A stretch of DNA of 60,409 bases, counting the filler, from Sphacelaria rigidula (lineage: Eukaryota), in NCBI GenBank assembly GCA_964200075.2. It is 10 parts of 10 records of this genome, joined end to end, with 100 filler letters (N's around TTAATTAATTAA, not from the genome) between each part and the next. Parts side by side here need not be neighbours in the genome. Positions count along the whole stretch, not along the records: positions 12,103 to 18,053 come from CAXNAA020023270.1; positions 18,154 to 24,104 come from CAXNAA020023271.1; positions 24,205 to 30,155 come from CAXNAA020023272.1; 7 more parts are not named here. One strand, written 5' to 3'. This document shows, piece by piece, positions 12,251 through 25,481 of this stretch; position 1 is the first letter of the stretch; each line of letters begins with the position of its first letter. A model generated the notes under the pieces. It was given only the letters and a program-made list of their open reading frames with translations. It made no database searches and was not told the origin of the DNA. Both the position numbers and the translations under genes were made by a program.

Positions 12251-15200
12251 TTGACAACTGTTGGGACAGTAAAACCGCTACGCCCTGCATGTATGTCGTA
12301 TGGTGCCGGACAAACTCCGGCTGTGCCGTCCAAATTGCAGTCCGATCAGGACTGTTTCTCCCCTGTTTCTCATAGCTCCAAACAATTATCGCCAACATCC
12401 ACATCCACTTTCTTTCCCAGGCGTCGTCCATCCCTGACTGTGTACGAAATCCGCCATCCGTCTACTGCACCACTCGCCATGCAAAACCCCCCGTGCCACG
12501 ACGGCCCTTCGGAAAACACATTCGCTCCGGAGGATCAATCTCGAGTCTATTTTAGTACCATTGCCCAACAACACAAGAGCGATGTGGCTGCAGATCACTT
12601 GTCGGAATACGGACCCGATTTGGTCAGTGGAACTGCACTCATGGATGACGCCTCCTTCACAACCCGAATAGGTATACATAGTGGAGTGCATGCAACACGC
12701 CCTTTGATGGCCGTTGCCCTGCCCGACACTGGCTCGCCACAAACTTTCATCACAGCCAGCTGCTGGCAACACATGATGAACGCTGGAGCAGCAGATAAAC
12801 ATTGCCTTTCTACTGTTCCGCCTCGTGTTTTTGGCGGGTTTGGTGCCTCCACTCCCCTTACGGTTGATCAATCAGTACGACTCAGTGTGCAATTCTTCGA
12901 TGACACGGGTCCCACTGCACGATTAGCTGTGTGGGCACTCATTGTGCCCGATGGTTCCATGTCGGTTGATGTTCTCTTGGGACGTGATAGCTGGCTACGT
13001 TTTTCCACACATACATACACGACGAACTCACCTGTTTTGAACCGACCACTGACAGGCATCATAAAATTGGGACATCACGATGCTGATCCAGAGGTTCAGG
13101 CCTACGTTGATGACCCAACACAAACAGGTGATGCTTTTCGACTGTATTATGTTGGAGACCACGTCGTCTCTCTGTCCCGTGAACCTCAACACATCCATGT
13201 GAATCTTGTGAGACGGAACGGATCCCCCGCCCTCACTGGACAGTACTTGGTCGACTCAACCGATCCCAACCAAATTCCAGACATTATTCCCCCCTTTGAT
13301 CAGACCGATGTATTTGTCCATGAGGGTCGGCAATCCATTCCCCTCACGTCCTCTGCATGTCTTGATGTCCTTGCTGGTCAGTTGTTGGGTTTTGCTCAAG
13401 CGCCCCTCCTACGGGCAGCCTTGTCGAATGTATGTCTGAAGGTGCCACCGCAAACATAATCAGACATCTCAAACACAAACGGTTCCACTTCGTTCGACAA
13501 GACTGACCTCATGGTTGTAGCCGAATCGACTGATACGCCTGACACAAACCCTCCGACTGCCTTACTAGATACATTCTCGCCAGAGCAACGTGTTAGTTTT
13601 CAACGATTATGGAATGAAATTCGCCCCCATTTGAGACACATCGCGTTTGATTTATCTGGTGAGGGTTGGACACCCACGGTGATTCATCGGTTGCGCTCCA
13701 TCTTGATACGATACTCTGAACGGTTTTCCAAATCGTCAACAGATTTAGGCCGCTGCAACACTATACCGTTCAAGATCAAAATTCCTGATGGTACGGCACC
13801 TATCGCCATGCGTCCGTACTGTACAAATCCTCTTCTAACGGGTAAATTTCAAGTAACTCTCGACGAATACTTGTCCGCTGGGTTAATACGGCACTCAACG
13901 TCTCCGTGGGCCTCGCCTTCGGTAGTCGTCCGGAAGAAGAATGGTAAGATCCGACTGACCGTCAATTATCAACGATTGAACGAAGTCACCAAAATCGCAC
14001 GTCTACCTCTTCCTCGGATAGATGAAATCATCGACTCCCTCGGCGGGGGCAAAGGTTTTTCGAACTTCGACATGCAGCCCGGTTACCACCAACTGGTGAT
14101 GGATCCGCACTCTATCGAGCTGACGGCGTTTTGCACCCCGTCAGGTCTATATGAGTGGCTGGTCACTCCATAAGGTGCCGCCGACGCCCCAGGAGCATTT
14201 CAACATGTGATGTTTCGCGTCATTGATGGACTGTCCAAATGCCGCATGTACCTCGACGATGCGGTGGTTCACGGCAGTACACCTGCGGAACACGTCGAAC
14301 ATTTGGCGTCCTTTTTTGCTCGTTTTGAACAACACAATTTGAAGCTCGCCTCATCTAAATCCCGCATTGGAGCCACGCGCATCGAGTTCCTAGGCCATTG
14401 TATTAGCCCTGAAGGTCGTAGCCCCAACCTCGACAAAGTTGCCGCACTTGGAGAGATGCCCATGCCACGCGATGTCTGTCAACTGCGCTCTTTACTCGGT
14501 GGTTTGAGTTACTACCGTCAATATCTGCCAAATTTAGCCCAAGCTCTGAAACCCCTCACCACCCTCCTCAAGAAGGGGGTGAAATTCGTATTCACGTTGG
14601 CAATGGAAAAAATTGTACGAGAACAGCTCGACACATTGTCAAGCCACCAATTCTGGTTTTTCCAGACTGATCAGCTGCTGAAAATGGCTCCCGTCCGTTC
14701 CGACTGCACACGAATTCTTCGAAAATTGGGTACGGCTGCACACTGGGACAGGAACAAGACGATGCTAGTGTTCGCCCCATTGTATATCTGAGCCGAACCA
14801 CCTACCCAAACGAACAGAACTGGTCCGTTATGGAACAAGAAGCAGGTGCAATTGTTTGGGGAGTGCGACGACTCCGGCAATTTTCGTATGACCTCCCGTT
14901 TGTGATTTGTACAGATCATAAGTCTTTCAAAAACCTCGCCAAAATGGCGGAACACAACGCCCGGGTTCAACGCTGGTTTGAAATCCTGTCTTCCTACAGC
15001 TTCACGTTGAAGTACCGCACAGATCCCCAAGACGCAAACGCCGACTTCCTGTCACGCTTGCCCTTACCAGCCCAACCCATCGACAACTCCGCCTTGGGTC
15101 GCATCACAGACCCCACCGCAGACATCGTATATTTCATAAGCACAAATGGTCATCGCGGACTCTATACACCACTCTCACCGAACCACAACTCGGCACTTGT

Positions 15201-17975
15201 TGAAAATAAGCTGACGCCTTCGGCTCACGCTTCTGTATTGGGCAGTTAGGAGTGAAATTCGTGCAACTACCAGCGGGTATGATCAAGTTCGTGCGTCTGG
15301 TCATCGGATGGTTTGCACTGTAGAGCCGGTTTCTACTGACTGCGTCCTCCCGGTTCAAGTCCGAGACCTCATCTCGAGCCGGACCCGAGGACGCCGGGCC
15401 GCAGAAACGGCTGTCGCCCTGGCAGCAGCCGGCCCAGACCTCCCAATCCCCAACCGCATTCCAGTCCCCGACAGCCTCCTCGCGCCCTCGTTACCTCCAC
15501 GGCGCAAAGCCCCCAGAAAATCGACACCTTCCAAACTACCTCTGCCCACCATAGTCGAGACCTCGACTGTGCCTCCTCCACCCCGTGATGGTACCACCTC
15601 CGGTCCCACACCATCCGACACCCCTCACAACGAAGGAATCGAGGTGAACGTTCCGTTTGAGCATACACTGACCACCCCCTTTGACCTTGATCCAAATACC
15701 GCCTCGTGTCCATCCCACATCGATTCGATCCCCTGCGTTTTGGACAACCCCTCCGACAGTGTATTCAAGGAACTGACCCTCTTTTCTCACGCCGATTGGG
15801 CCCGGGAAGAGCAAGGTGAACCTGCTTGTAGAGCAGCTCTACATTATCTATCCAAAGGACGCCCCTCCCCCTTTCCAGAAACTGAGTTCCTTTTGCCAGT
15901 AGGGCCCCACCGAGCTCCCACACAGGATGAAGCTACTGAATTATTGCGTAAAGGCATGCTTTATACGGATGATGATGGCGTTGTTCTTTTAGTTCACCGG
16001 CTCCCCCACGAAACCTCCTGGAGGGAAACCTACAAGTAGTCACGCCCGTTTGTTGGGTGATGCCCCCGTACGTATTTATGTTCCGATGCTTCTGCGTCCA
16101 TGGGTTCTCGATGAATGCCACTCACAAGCATCCACACATTTGGGCGTCGCTAGGACCTCCCAGATGCTTCAGCGTTTTTTTTGGTGGATTTGTATGGACC
16201 CGTGTGTGCGTTGGTGGGTTCGGCGGTGTCTTCTTTGCCGAGCACGCCAAACTTCGCGTCAAACACTTAGATGACCGGTAATCTCTATGCCACTCCCCAA
16301 TGGGCCTGGTGAAATAGTTTCATGGGACTACTTTGGCCCCCTGCCTCTCACTGATAGTGGTAACAAGTATATTTTGTTGTTTACGGATCGGTTCAGTCGA
16401 CATGCTGTGATGAATGCTGTTTCGGAGGTCAACTATAGTGCAGAAGGGACTGCCAACGTCCTTGTGTACACATACATCCCTCAGTGGGGTGTCTCCAAAC
16501 GTTTGTTATCCGATAACGGCCCACATTTTGCCGGCAAACTTTCTGCCGCGATCAGTAATCTCCTGGGTGCCCATCGTCGTTTTACTAGTTCATACCATCC
16601 GTCCACTAACGGTGGGACCGAACGAGTTAATCACACGATAGCGCAAATGCTTGCCACAGTGACCAATGAGCGACAAACAGACTGGGACCTGCAATTACCC
16701 CTTGTCCGAATGAACTACAACAACTCCGTCAATGTCGCCACAGGCTTGGCTCCCAATGAACTTCATCTTGGTCGTATGCCCAGGTTGCCATTGACAGTGT
16801 TCGACAGGAAACCCCCTGGTGGTCATCAGAGTTTGGATCGGGATATTGTGGAGTATCATATGTCTGTTTGTAATCGTCTTCGTCTTGCATATGAGGTGGT
16901 ACGGAAGCAGAACTTGATCAACGCAGTAAAGGTAGCTAAAGCAAACAGCGTGTTGGATGATGCAGTGAACAAGCGTCCGGTGTGGAAAGTAGGTGAATGG
17001 ACATGGGTGCATAACGATGTGAGAACTGTAACCCAAGGTGCAAGCTCTGCTAAGTCGTCGTTGGATAAGGTGTTGAAGTCGAAGCTTTGCTTGAATTGGA
17101 CTGGTCCTCGGAAGATTTCGGCAGTTGGGCCCTGTGATACCGCACCTGACGATAGGCCAGTAGGTGAGAAGCTTTTGTATTTGGATTTCCCAAAGGATGA
17201 ACCTGGCGTCAAACCCAAAAACCGGGTCTCGATGCTTCGGTGCAAGCCGTGTCTGCTCCTTCACGACACTAGTGGTATGCCCAAGCAATTGCCTATGGGG
17301 TTCAATCAGTATGTGCCAACCAGGCATGCGGCGAAATCCCCACCGTACCACATGACGGTTGAAGACGCTGACGGTCCTCTTGAACGTGTAGTGGTAGATC
17401 GCATCTCGGGCCATCAATTAGTTCGAGGTCGAGGCGGTAAAATTGCGGTTATGTATCAGACTCACTGGAAAGGCCTCATGCGTGTTACGTGGGAACGGGA
17501 GGAGGATTTGCGTCATTTTCGAAGAGAGATACTTTTATATTGGGTCCGAGATGTCGTCCAACACCACCCGTTGAACAAACGGTATAGGTCTACGCGAAAA
17601 GGCGCAGCAGCTCGTGAACTGGCCTGAGAACACTCGGCACGATTTGTCATTTCGGGCTTTGGTCTCATTTCTCGTTCGCAATACCTGCGCTCATTTTCGA
17701 AGAAATGTTTGCCGAAAGGTGCATATTTTTGGTACAGGGCTATGGATTCGCGGTGGTGGCTGGGGAAGATTCATTTGATAGATCCTGAGGCAGACGATTC
17801 CTACTACATCCGCTTCCTCGATGATCCGGGTCCTCTCAAGATCCGTCTCCACGACGATCACTACACCAAGATGCCGACCGCTCGCCGACGATCTTGGTGC
17901 CTACAACGACACGACAAAGGGGACATCGACACAGCTGTCTTGCGCAACCCCGACACGGCGTGGGACACGGAATAA
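12251..17975 (+). mobile_element. Ty3/Gypsy LTR retrotransposon pol (PR-RT-RH-IN-chromodomain-Tudor-like), inactivated by stops and frameshifts; LTRs and gag not identified
   Basis: Protease ALPDTGS...LLGRD; RT SPWASP...VNYQRLN...GYHQ...MYLDD; RNase H CTDHKS...NADFLSR; integrase HHCC (ECH..H...CLLC) and DDE (SWDYFGP, SDNG, NGGTERVN); gypsy domain order; stops ending ORFs at 13459, 14173, 15249, 16039, 16274, 17627. Confidence 0.93.
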
Positions 17976-19599
17976 TCTGGATAGCGAATTGCGTTCCTTC
18001 CGATTTCATTCGTGTTCTTTGATATCGCCCCCCCCCCCCCCCCCCCCCCCCCCNNNNNNNNNNNNNNNNNNNNNNNNNNNNNNNNNNNNNNNNNNNNTTA
18101 ATTAATTAANNNNNNNNNNNNNNNNNNNNNNNNNNNNNNNNNNNNNNNNNNNNAAACGTCATTGGGCACCATCGCTGAAAGTATGAGGAAAGCACTGTTT
18201 TAGGGTTGAGCCTCATCTCAAAGGTAAACCTCAATTCGCACAATTTGTTGTTATCGGGTACATGTTAGCCCAGACGTTCACAGGGCGTCGGGTCCCTTTG
18301 TAGTTAAGCATAAGGTTTCACTGTGAACCATGACCACAGGGAACCCTCGCTTTCCGTTGCTCCACAGGTTGGAGGAGGACCCCCGGCAGTGACCCGGTCG
18401 GTAAGCCAAGAGCTCACACCGTCACGATGCACTCCGAGAACTTCCCAACAGCGACAGGCCACGATGGTATACCTCAGGCATTGGATGTGCCGCTACCGCC
18501 GTCTGTCCCCCCTTAAGCCCCTGAGCCAGCACCTACACAAGAGGTCGAGGAGGAATATGTTGAGCCATGGTCCACCCTACCTACTGTTGGTTCGTTGTCG
18601 CGTTCACGTGCGGACCCGCCACTGGCGATCTCACACCACGACAGTCTCACGCGGGTAACAGACGATTCGTTCCCTGTAGTTCCAAGTTTGGCCCCCGACA
18701 ATGTGTCTCCCGATAAATCCGTGGAGACCATGTCTATTTCCAATGCATGTGTTAATGTTTCGGACGTGAGTTCCGCTGATGCAGTCACCGGAACGACGTC
18801 CGACGACAAAAAACCGTCGAGCCCTTTGTCCACTACTGTACACGATTCGGTAGAAATGTCATGGTACGATACTCACCACCTAGGTAGGAAGGTGCCTTCA
18901 GTGGGCACCTTGGCTAGCGGGCTCACATACAATCATGAGTATCGAAGCCATCGAGCTCGACTTTACCTAGTGCAGAGCCAGTCATGTTCGCAGCGTCGGG
19001 CTGCAGACCCGATGAGCCACTCGGACGCCAGAACAACAAATCTTGCATGGAGGTCAGGCTCACATTGTAAAAAGACCAGAGATCCTTCTGAGATAGTAGT
19101 CCGTGATGGCGTAGATGCTCTTGTATTATTGGCGTACAGGCTAACTTGTGCTTTGCTAGTTGAGATGCATAGTCCAAAACGCTGTGACACGTGAGGGCAG
19201 CCGGCTCGATCCAACCACATTGGAGTATGACCCATCAGGTGCCACGCATGACGAAGTATGACACATGGGAACCTACTCGACTGGACGATGACCAATCAAT
19301 CTGTGACAGAAACATCGCAGTGCAGGGTTGAATTTTCCGCTGACCACAGACTTGGGACATCCACTACTAAGCCGGTAATGCATGCCCCCTCTGCCGACAT
19401 CACTGCCGGCCCCGCTTCCACCACGATGGCCATCCCTAATAAGTCGCACCGCCAAAGCGGTTTACGAGATACGTAACCCTGACGCCCCAACATTGGAGAA
19501 CCAAACACCAATGCTTACATCCCCACGCCCCACAGGACCACCCCAGAGTATATCTCAATACTCAAGTTCAGGAGGTACAGCGAACACATATCGATTCGT

Positions 19600-20010
19600 T
19601 GCCAAAAATTGGCCCGGATCTTACGAGTGGCGTTGTCACCTTGGACGATGCGTCTTTTACAACTGGAGTTGGACTTGGTGGTGAATCTTGTGCAAACCGT
19701 TAATTTATGGCCCTGGCATTACCAAACTCGGGCTCCCCTCAGACCTTTCTCACCGCCAGTTGCTGGCAGGACATGCTCCGCACCGGCGCGGCCGATGACA
19801 AATGTCTGTCCGCTGTCTCCCCCACGTACCTTTGGTGGCTTTGGGTCAGGTTCTACTTTTGAGTACCACCCAGGCTGTGCAATCAAGTGTTCAGCTCTTT
19901 AACGATACGCACCCCGTGGCACGACCCTTCTGTTCGCGCTCTGATTGTTCCACACAATGCCATGGCATTCGATGTTTTGTTCGGCAGATAATAGCTGGTT
20001 GCGTTTTCCG
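19600..20010 (+). pseudogene. Highly degenerate protease region of the same Gypsy family
   Basis: DNA similarity to about 12600-13010 (GACGATGCGTCTTTTACAAC, CCCCACGTACCTTTGGTGGCTTTGG, GATAGCTGG-like). Confidence 0.65.
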
Positions 20011-22249
20011 ACACATATGGTCGGACAGGAAGATGTGTTTGTGAAGGACAGACGCCAGCAATGTTTCTGACGTCCCCGGATTGGTTATGTACCCAACCAA
20101 TTGTTGGGGTATGCTTTGGTTACATTTCTACGTACATCTCTGTCTCATATATGTCCCCGCATCAGTACCACTTCCGCAACTGAGGTTAAAAAAAACGTTG
20201 ATTATAATGGACCAGTTTCAGCTTATACAATGGTTGTGACCGCGTCGGATATTCTCCTTGTACCCGTCTCGCTACTTCTGCCAATTCGAGTTTTTTTTCG
20301 ACAGAGTTTTGTTGAAACGAAGGGCCTGCTCACGACTGTAGTACATGACGGGGCTACAACTCCAGATATTGTATATGAACTATTTCATGATACGTCGCAA
20401 CCCCTGACGATTATACCAACACGCACTGAGGGCAACTGAGCTCTGAGCACTCGCACCCATACCTCATGTGCACCGTCTCTTTCCCTCCTCTGTCGCTGGC
20501 ACTTTCTCCATGAACCAGACAAACGTCCTCGACGAAGACACGATTAAGCTCGACAAGGCCCCGGAGGATGTCGTGCTTAATGTCGCCGGAGTCGAGGCTG
20601 CCTAGCCGCTCGACAGGATTAGTCCACGTCTTTTCGATCGTGAGTACCCGCGTAGTGTTGAACGTGTCGGTATCGTCCTCGTGTGGTGCCCGGTGGATGG
20701 ATACGCTTGACCGCTGCATGAGAAGCATCATCCCCACACGGGACAAGTGCACGTCCTGTTTGCGCGCGTTTCTAATTCGTAGTTGTTGAAATTGGCCCAG
20801 CTGTATTGAAACGTCCGATTCATCGACTGTAACCAGCCTCATTAACTCCTGCGATCACCCGTTCCCTTCAACGCTGCCCCCGATTATTCATTTTCGCAGT
20901 GTCATGCAGAAGACGTGCAAGGCGCATCTTTTCTAAATGTCGACATTTGGCTTGACATTAAAGCGCGCAGAGTCAGAGATTTGTGTAGGCCACGTACTAT
21001 TTTTCGAGGAGGGGGGCACGGATGGGGTAGAGGTGGAGCTGCACCGCTACATGCCGGAAAAATTCGATCCCGATGTTCGCCGCTGCCAAGTACTGAAGAG
21101 GTGGAGCAGGAGCGGTTCTCTTAAAGTCTACCGAGACCCAGCGTCCGGTGTTCGTTGTACCGTTGGTCGCTGTTCAGCACAGCATGATGCTTTTTTGTTG
21201 TTGACCGGTTCCAACTGTTGTGCTCTCACTAGCAAGTGGTCCCGGTGTTTTACAGCTTTTTTGCTGATGGGGTAGTATTTATTTTCCTGTGTTGGTGGAT
21301 TATGAGCTGTTCTCGATGGGTTTGTCGGCACATGTTTGGGTGCATTTTCGGAAACACGATGCGGTCGGCGAAAGTCCCTGGCAAAATCGATTTGCTGCAG
21401 CCCATAAAAGGGAGACGTTCCAATGGCTTCGTGCAAGGTAATTTGGAATAATTTGCTACAATCGTGTGTGAGATCATGGAACAGAATCCAGCGTCCACGA
21501 CGTTTTGCTACATTTCTCGGCATGAAGAAGCGGGATATCACACGCGATTATTTGCGGTTTCGGGATAAAAAAACGGAAACTGCGGCGAAATTTTCAAACA
21601 TAATGCTGAGTTTGGGACATCTGGCCCGTATTTTCCGACAAAGTCGGGGAGTGTGATAACACGGTGTAGTCAATAACGAGCCGCCTTTTCCCCGACTCCG
21701 AGCGCAAACGAGTTCCACGTCCAACAACGTTTTCGTCAAATTGAGAGTTGAAGGTATGATTGAGAGTGAAAAGCGGTCAATTAGTGAATAAGCCGTTTCA
21801 CTTCCGAAATGCACCTCCACCAGGCCCGATATTCTCTCAGCTTGCCACTGAGGCCCTCGATACCCCTGAGTAGGATATCAACGTGTAGCTGTGAGCACAT
21901 GGCAGTGATGAGACGAAGAAAAGTACACACGGAATGAAAAATTGGCCAACTACAAGCGAATGATCAAAGCCACTTTCAATCCGCACCCAACTCTCAATCT
22001 CACGAAAACCCCGTTGTGCACACAACGAATGGTGGCAGGATTTTGCACCGGCGAATAAATTCTGGCTCAATCGTATCTTTTACTCTAACCTCACGACTCC
22101 ACTGCTTTGAAGGTGACATTTTGAACGGTACATGTTTTTATAGATGTGACCTGTGGTCCAGCGCGAAACACTTTTCAAGATTATTCTGCCATTCTATCCA
22201 CGCAACGGGTGGCAGGAATGTTCAACGTGCTGCACGTCTAAACCTTTCG

Positions 22250-22828
22250 TCCCATTATCGGAAACGTGGCAGCGACCCGTCCTCCGAATGAAACCTCACC
22301 CTCAATCATGTCTTGAACTCTCAATCTCACGAAAACACTGTTCAATGCTGCTGTGACCATGGGTACTGCACGAGTGTCCTTCCAAATTTCGTCCGATCTG
22401 GGTACGATTCGGACGACCCAGTTCATCGAGCGATTCTACCGGTGGGTAGGTATCGACCAATGTGTTCGTTGTTGGGTACGTCGTTGTTTGATTTGTCAGG
22501 CACGCGAGACGTCGCACCAGACTGTGCTTTGGCCAATCATGTCAACGCCGCTCCCCAATGGGCCCGGTAAAGTTATATCTTGGGACTTTTTTGGGCCGTT
22601 GCATCTCACGGGGAATGGCAAAAAGTACATTTTGTTGATTACTGATCGATTCAGTCGTCACGTCGTCATGCATGCTGTCTCAGAACCCAACTATTCCGCG
22701 GATGGCACTGCCAATATCCTGTACAAATACATGCCACGATGGGATGTCCCCCGGAAATTGTTGTCCGACAATGGCCAACACGTTTCCGGCAAACGTTCTG
22801 CTGCGGGCAGTACACTATTGGGTTTCCA
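22250..22828 (+). pseudogene. Gypsy integrase fragment related to 16050-16570, cut off by a MITE
   Basis: ORF 22353-22895: VRCWVRRCLICQAR...PLPNGPGKVISWDFFGPL...ITDRFSRH...LLSDNG. Confidence 0.85.
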
Positions 22829-23078
22829 CGACACTTTCTACGATAGCCCCAACCCAAAAAGTGCAAGGTTTTGGGACGCAAAATCTTCACATTAATCGAA
22901 ATGAGAAAAGCCGAGCACAACGACAAGCTGGGAAATCCCACGCTTGGGTTCGTCCTGGCCAATGTCGCCAATATGAGGCGGTTCATGCAGCCTGAACCCG
23001 AACATCAGTCGCTGTATGGCCATTTTTTTCGTGACACTTTTAGCTGGTTTTGGGGTGGGGCTATCGTAGAAAGTGTCG
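22829..23078. mobile_element. 250-bp MITE (family C)
   Basis: TIRs CGACACTTTCTACGATAGCCCC / GGGGCTATCGTAGAAAGTGTCG; the same right TIR occurs at about 6150-6170. Confidence 0.85.
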
Positions 23079-23195
23079 ACCGTTGCTCCGTGATGACAAT
23101 TCCCTGACACAAGTCAGTGCCGCAGTTTTCATAAGCACCTCACGTGACAGGCGGGAAATATTTCCGTATGATACAGGAAACTGGCCAGGACCCCC

Positions 23196-23830
23196 GTGAA
23201 TAGTGGCAAGGGAAGTCGAAAAAGGAATTTACAAGGGACCTCGGTAAGTACGGGGGATTCAAAAACAGACGGGCGTGAAAATGATTCTCTAAAGGAGAGG
23301 CGGTGTTGGATTTGCCGGAAGCAAACAGCACACCCCGCGCGCGACTGTCCGGATCGATATTGCATGAGATGCGGGAAAAAGAGATATTCGTTTCAGGATT
23401 GTACTAGTGGAGAAAAGGAAGATACGGTGATGACAGTAGGGACTCAAATATCCCTTTGATGTTTTATGTTTTGAGTGTTCGTGGCTATCATGCAGATAAT
23501 GATTAATGTACCCAAGGAATGGTTGATGCCCAGGTGGATCGAGATGTTGGAGATCTCTGGACGATGCTGAGACCATATGTTTGATATGGAGACCGAATCT
23601 CAGTGTTGATGTTTGACGGATATTTCTGTCTCGATGAGTGCAGACTTGCTTTGCGCGCTTGTTTGACTCGATTGATGAATAGAATATCGTCTGCCGTTTT
23701 TGTAAGTGTGAGAAAGGCGGGGCACCGCGTCTTGACTTGACTTTGGAACGGTGTCGGTGAAATTGCACAGAATGAAGGTGCGTGAAGAGTGTTGAGGATA
23801 TGTTTTGACATGGATGCCGAAACTCAACGC
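23196..23830 (+). pseudogene. Degenerate retrotransposon gag fragment with two zinc-knuckle-like motifs
   Basis: CWICRKQTAHPARDC followed by CMRCGKKRYSFQDC; downstream frame decayed. Confidence 0.5.
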
Positions 23831-24205
23831 TCATGTGTAACATTGTTGCACCCCGATGAGCGCAGGACTGCGGGGAACCGCACCCTTACTCGATTGGTTG
23901 AGGTGGAACCTTGTTCGTCGCCTTGGTGAGTACAGGCGCATGGGGCACCATGGTCTGACTACAGTAATCAGCGTCAGACGTATGCAGAATCCGTAATTTC
24001 TTGGTGTCTCCAAGATTGTCCAAATTTATTTTGCTTGCCATCGCTCATCACAGTGACTGTTGGATGCCAAAATTCGGGCATCCGGAAATATATGAATCCT
24101 CTTGNNNNNNNNNNNNNNNNNNNNNNNNNNNNNNNNNNNNNNNNNNNNTTAATTAATTAANNNNNNNNNNNNNNNNNNNNNNNNNNNNNNNNNNNNNNNN
24201 NNNNC

Positions 24206-24462
24206 ACACTTTGCATCACCCCAAAGAGAGGGCCCACTTTTCAGATTCGCTTGGCTCCAAGGTTTCGAGAGCGACCGCTGAACAAAATCCGTGTGCAACA
24301 AAATCTATGGCGATCTCCACAGATTATCGGGCAAACTGGCGGAGGTCGGCAAGCACAGATTTTCGCACACGAATTTTTGTTCAGCGGCCGATCTCGAAGC
24401 CTCGGAGCCAAGGGAATATGAAAAATAGACTAGTATCCTCTCTGTGGGGTGATGCAAAGTGT
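24206..24462. mobile_element. ~257-bp MITE just upstream of RBX1
   Basis: TIRs ACACTTTGCATCACCCCAAAGAGAGG / CCTCTCTGTGGGGTGATGCAAAGTGT. Confidence 0.75.
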
Positions 24463-24700
24463 CCAATACTTGTGTTGGCGATTTTTTTCCCGTTTGGGGG
24501 TCAAAACGTGCGTCAAAGGTCCCAAAAGTGAACAATCTGTGGGCCAAAAATCAGTTTGCCATAACATCCGGCCTAAAAGGGCAAATTATCAGGAAATCTC
24601 ACGAATGTTCCGTGCTGAGTGTCTGATTTCTTATTTACTCCGCACTGTATTCAATATTCAATATTCTGGCCTCAATAGGTAACGAGGAGCATTAGGAAGG

Positions 24701-24781
24701 ATGGCTGCTGAGACGAAGGGACAAGAACCTCAGGATGTGGTGATGGGCGAGTCGGGCAAGGGACCAGAGCCGCTAGGGCAG
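24701..24781 (+). CDS. RBX1: RING-box protein 1, putative exon 1 (MAAETKGQEPQDVVMGESGKGPEPLGQ)
   Basis: ATG, 27 open codons, CAG|GTACGG donor in phase 0, compatible with exon 2; short variable N-terminus typical of RBX1. Confidence 0.6.
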
Positions 24782-25078
24782 GTACGGTAAAAGCCGCAGC
24801 GGAGCACTCGCAGGCTGGTTCACAGAAGTACACCTGAATGTACTCTCCTATACGCCCTCACCGCAATGCTGACGTGATTAAAACATATTTGGTATCATGG
24901 TGACCCTGATGATAAAGAGGGTGAGATGTCCGAATTTTTGTTTGGGGCCATAGCGGTGGCGCTGAAGACGAAATTTTGCGTTGACCAATCAGTGGCCTCA
25001 TGTTTGTTCTGAAATTGAAATGCACGAATCCCCAACCCAATTTCTCCCCCATCTTCACATGCTTCAAATCGTGATACG

Positions 25079-25473
25079 TAGAGCTCGGAAATGGTACCAG
25101 TTATAACTGGCCATTATCATTGTAATGGCAATAATGGTAATGGTACGATGAAATTTTTGGATGATAGTTTCAAACCATTATTTACTGTTACCGGCTTTAT
25201 TAAGCCGTTACCAGCTACGTAGGCTACATACAGCCCTTGAAAATTGCCCCAAATTTCACGTACTTTTTAGCTCCAGTGAAGCCAAATCGCGTAAAAACGG
25301 ACCTCCGGCACGGCGCCACCAGCGGGGCCCTCCGGGGGCGCCTTCGGCGGGGCCTCCTCTGCCGGGGAGGGCTTTTCGGACCAAACCAAAATGTACCATT
25401 TAGCTGGTTAATCAGTGCGCTACGCGTAACCATTCAACAGGTTAATGGTTAGACGAACCATTTCCGAGTTCTA
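25079..25473. mobile_element. hAT-like MITE in the RBX1 intron
   Basis: 17-bp TIRs TAGAGCTCGGAAATGGT / ACCATTTCCGAGTTCTA (1 mismatch); 8-bp flanks GTGATACG / GTAATACG. Confidence 0.75.
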
Positions 25474-25481
25474 GTAATACG

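Noticed and set aside
16695..17417. 240-aa antisense ORF in the Gypsy integrase
   Set aside because: Shadow of the coding strand with no recognisable motif.
13457..17627. RIP-like directed mutation of the Gypsy element
   Set aside because: Stops are compatible with C-to-T changes but occur in mixed contexts and are too few to judge without a consensus.
18323..19500. Ser/Thr/Pro-rich ORFs, possibly a decayed minus-strand retroelement
   Set aside because: No motif could be identified with confidence.
20411..21275. Coding-like stretch, possibly viral or transposon-derived
   Set aside because: Interrupted by stops; no recognisable family.
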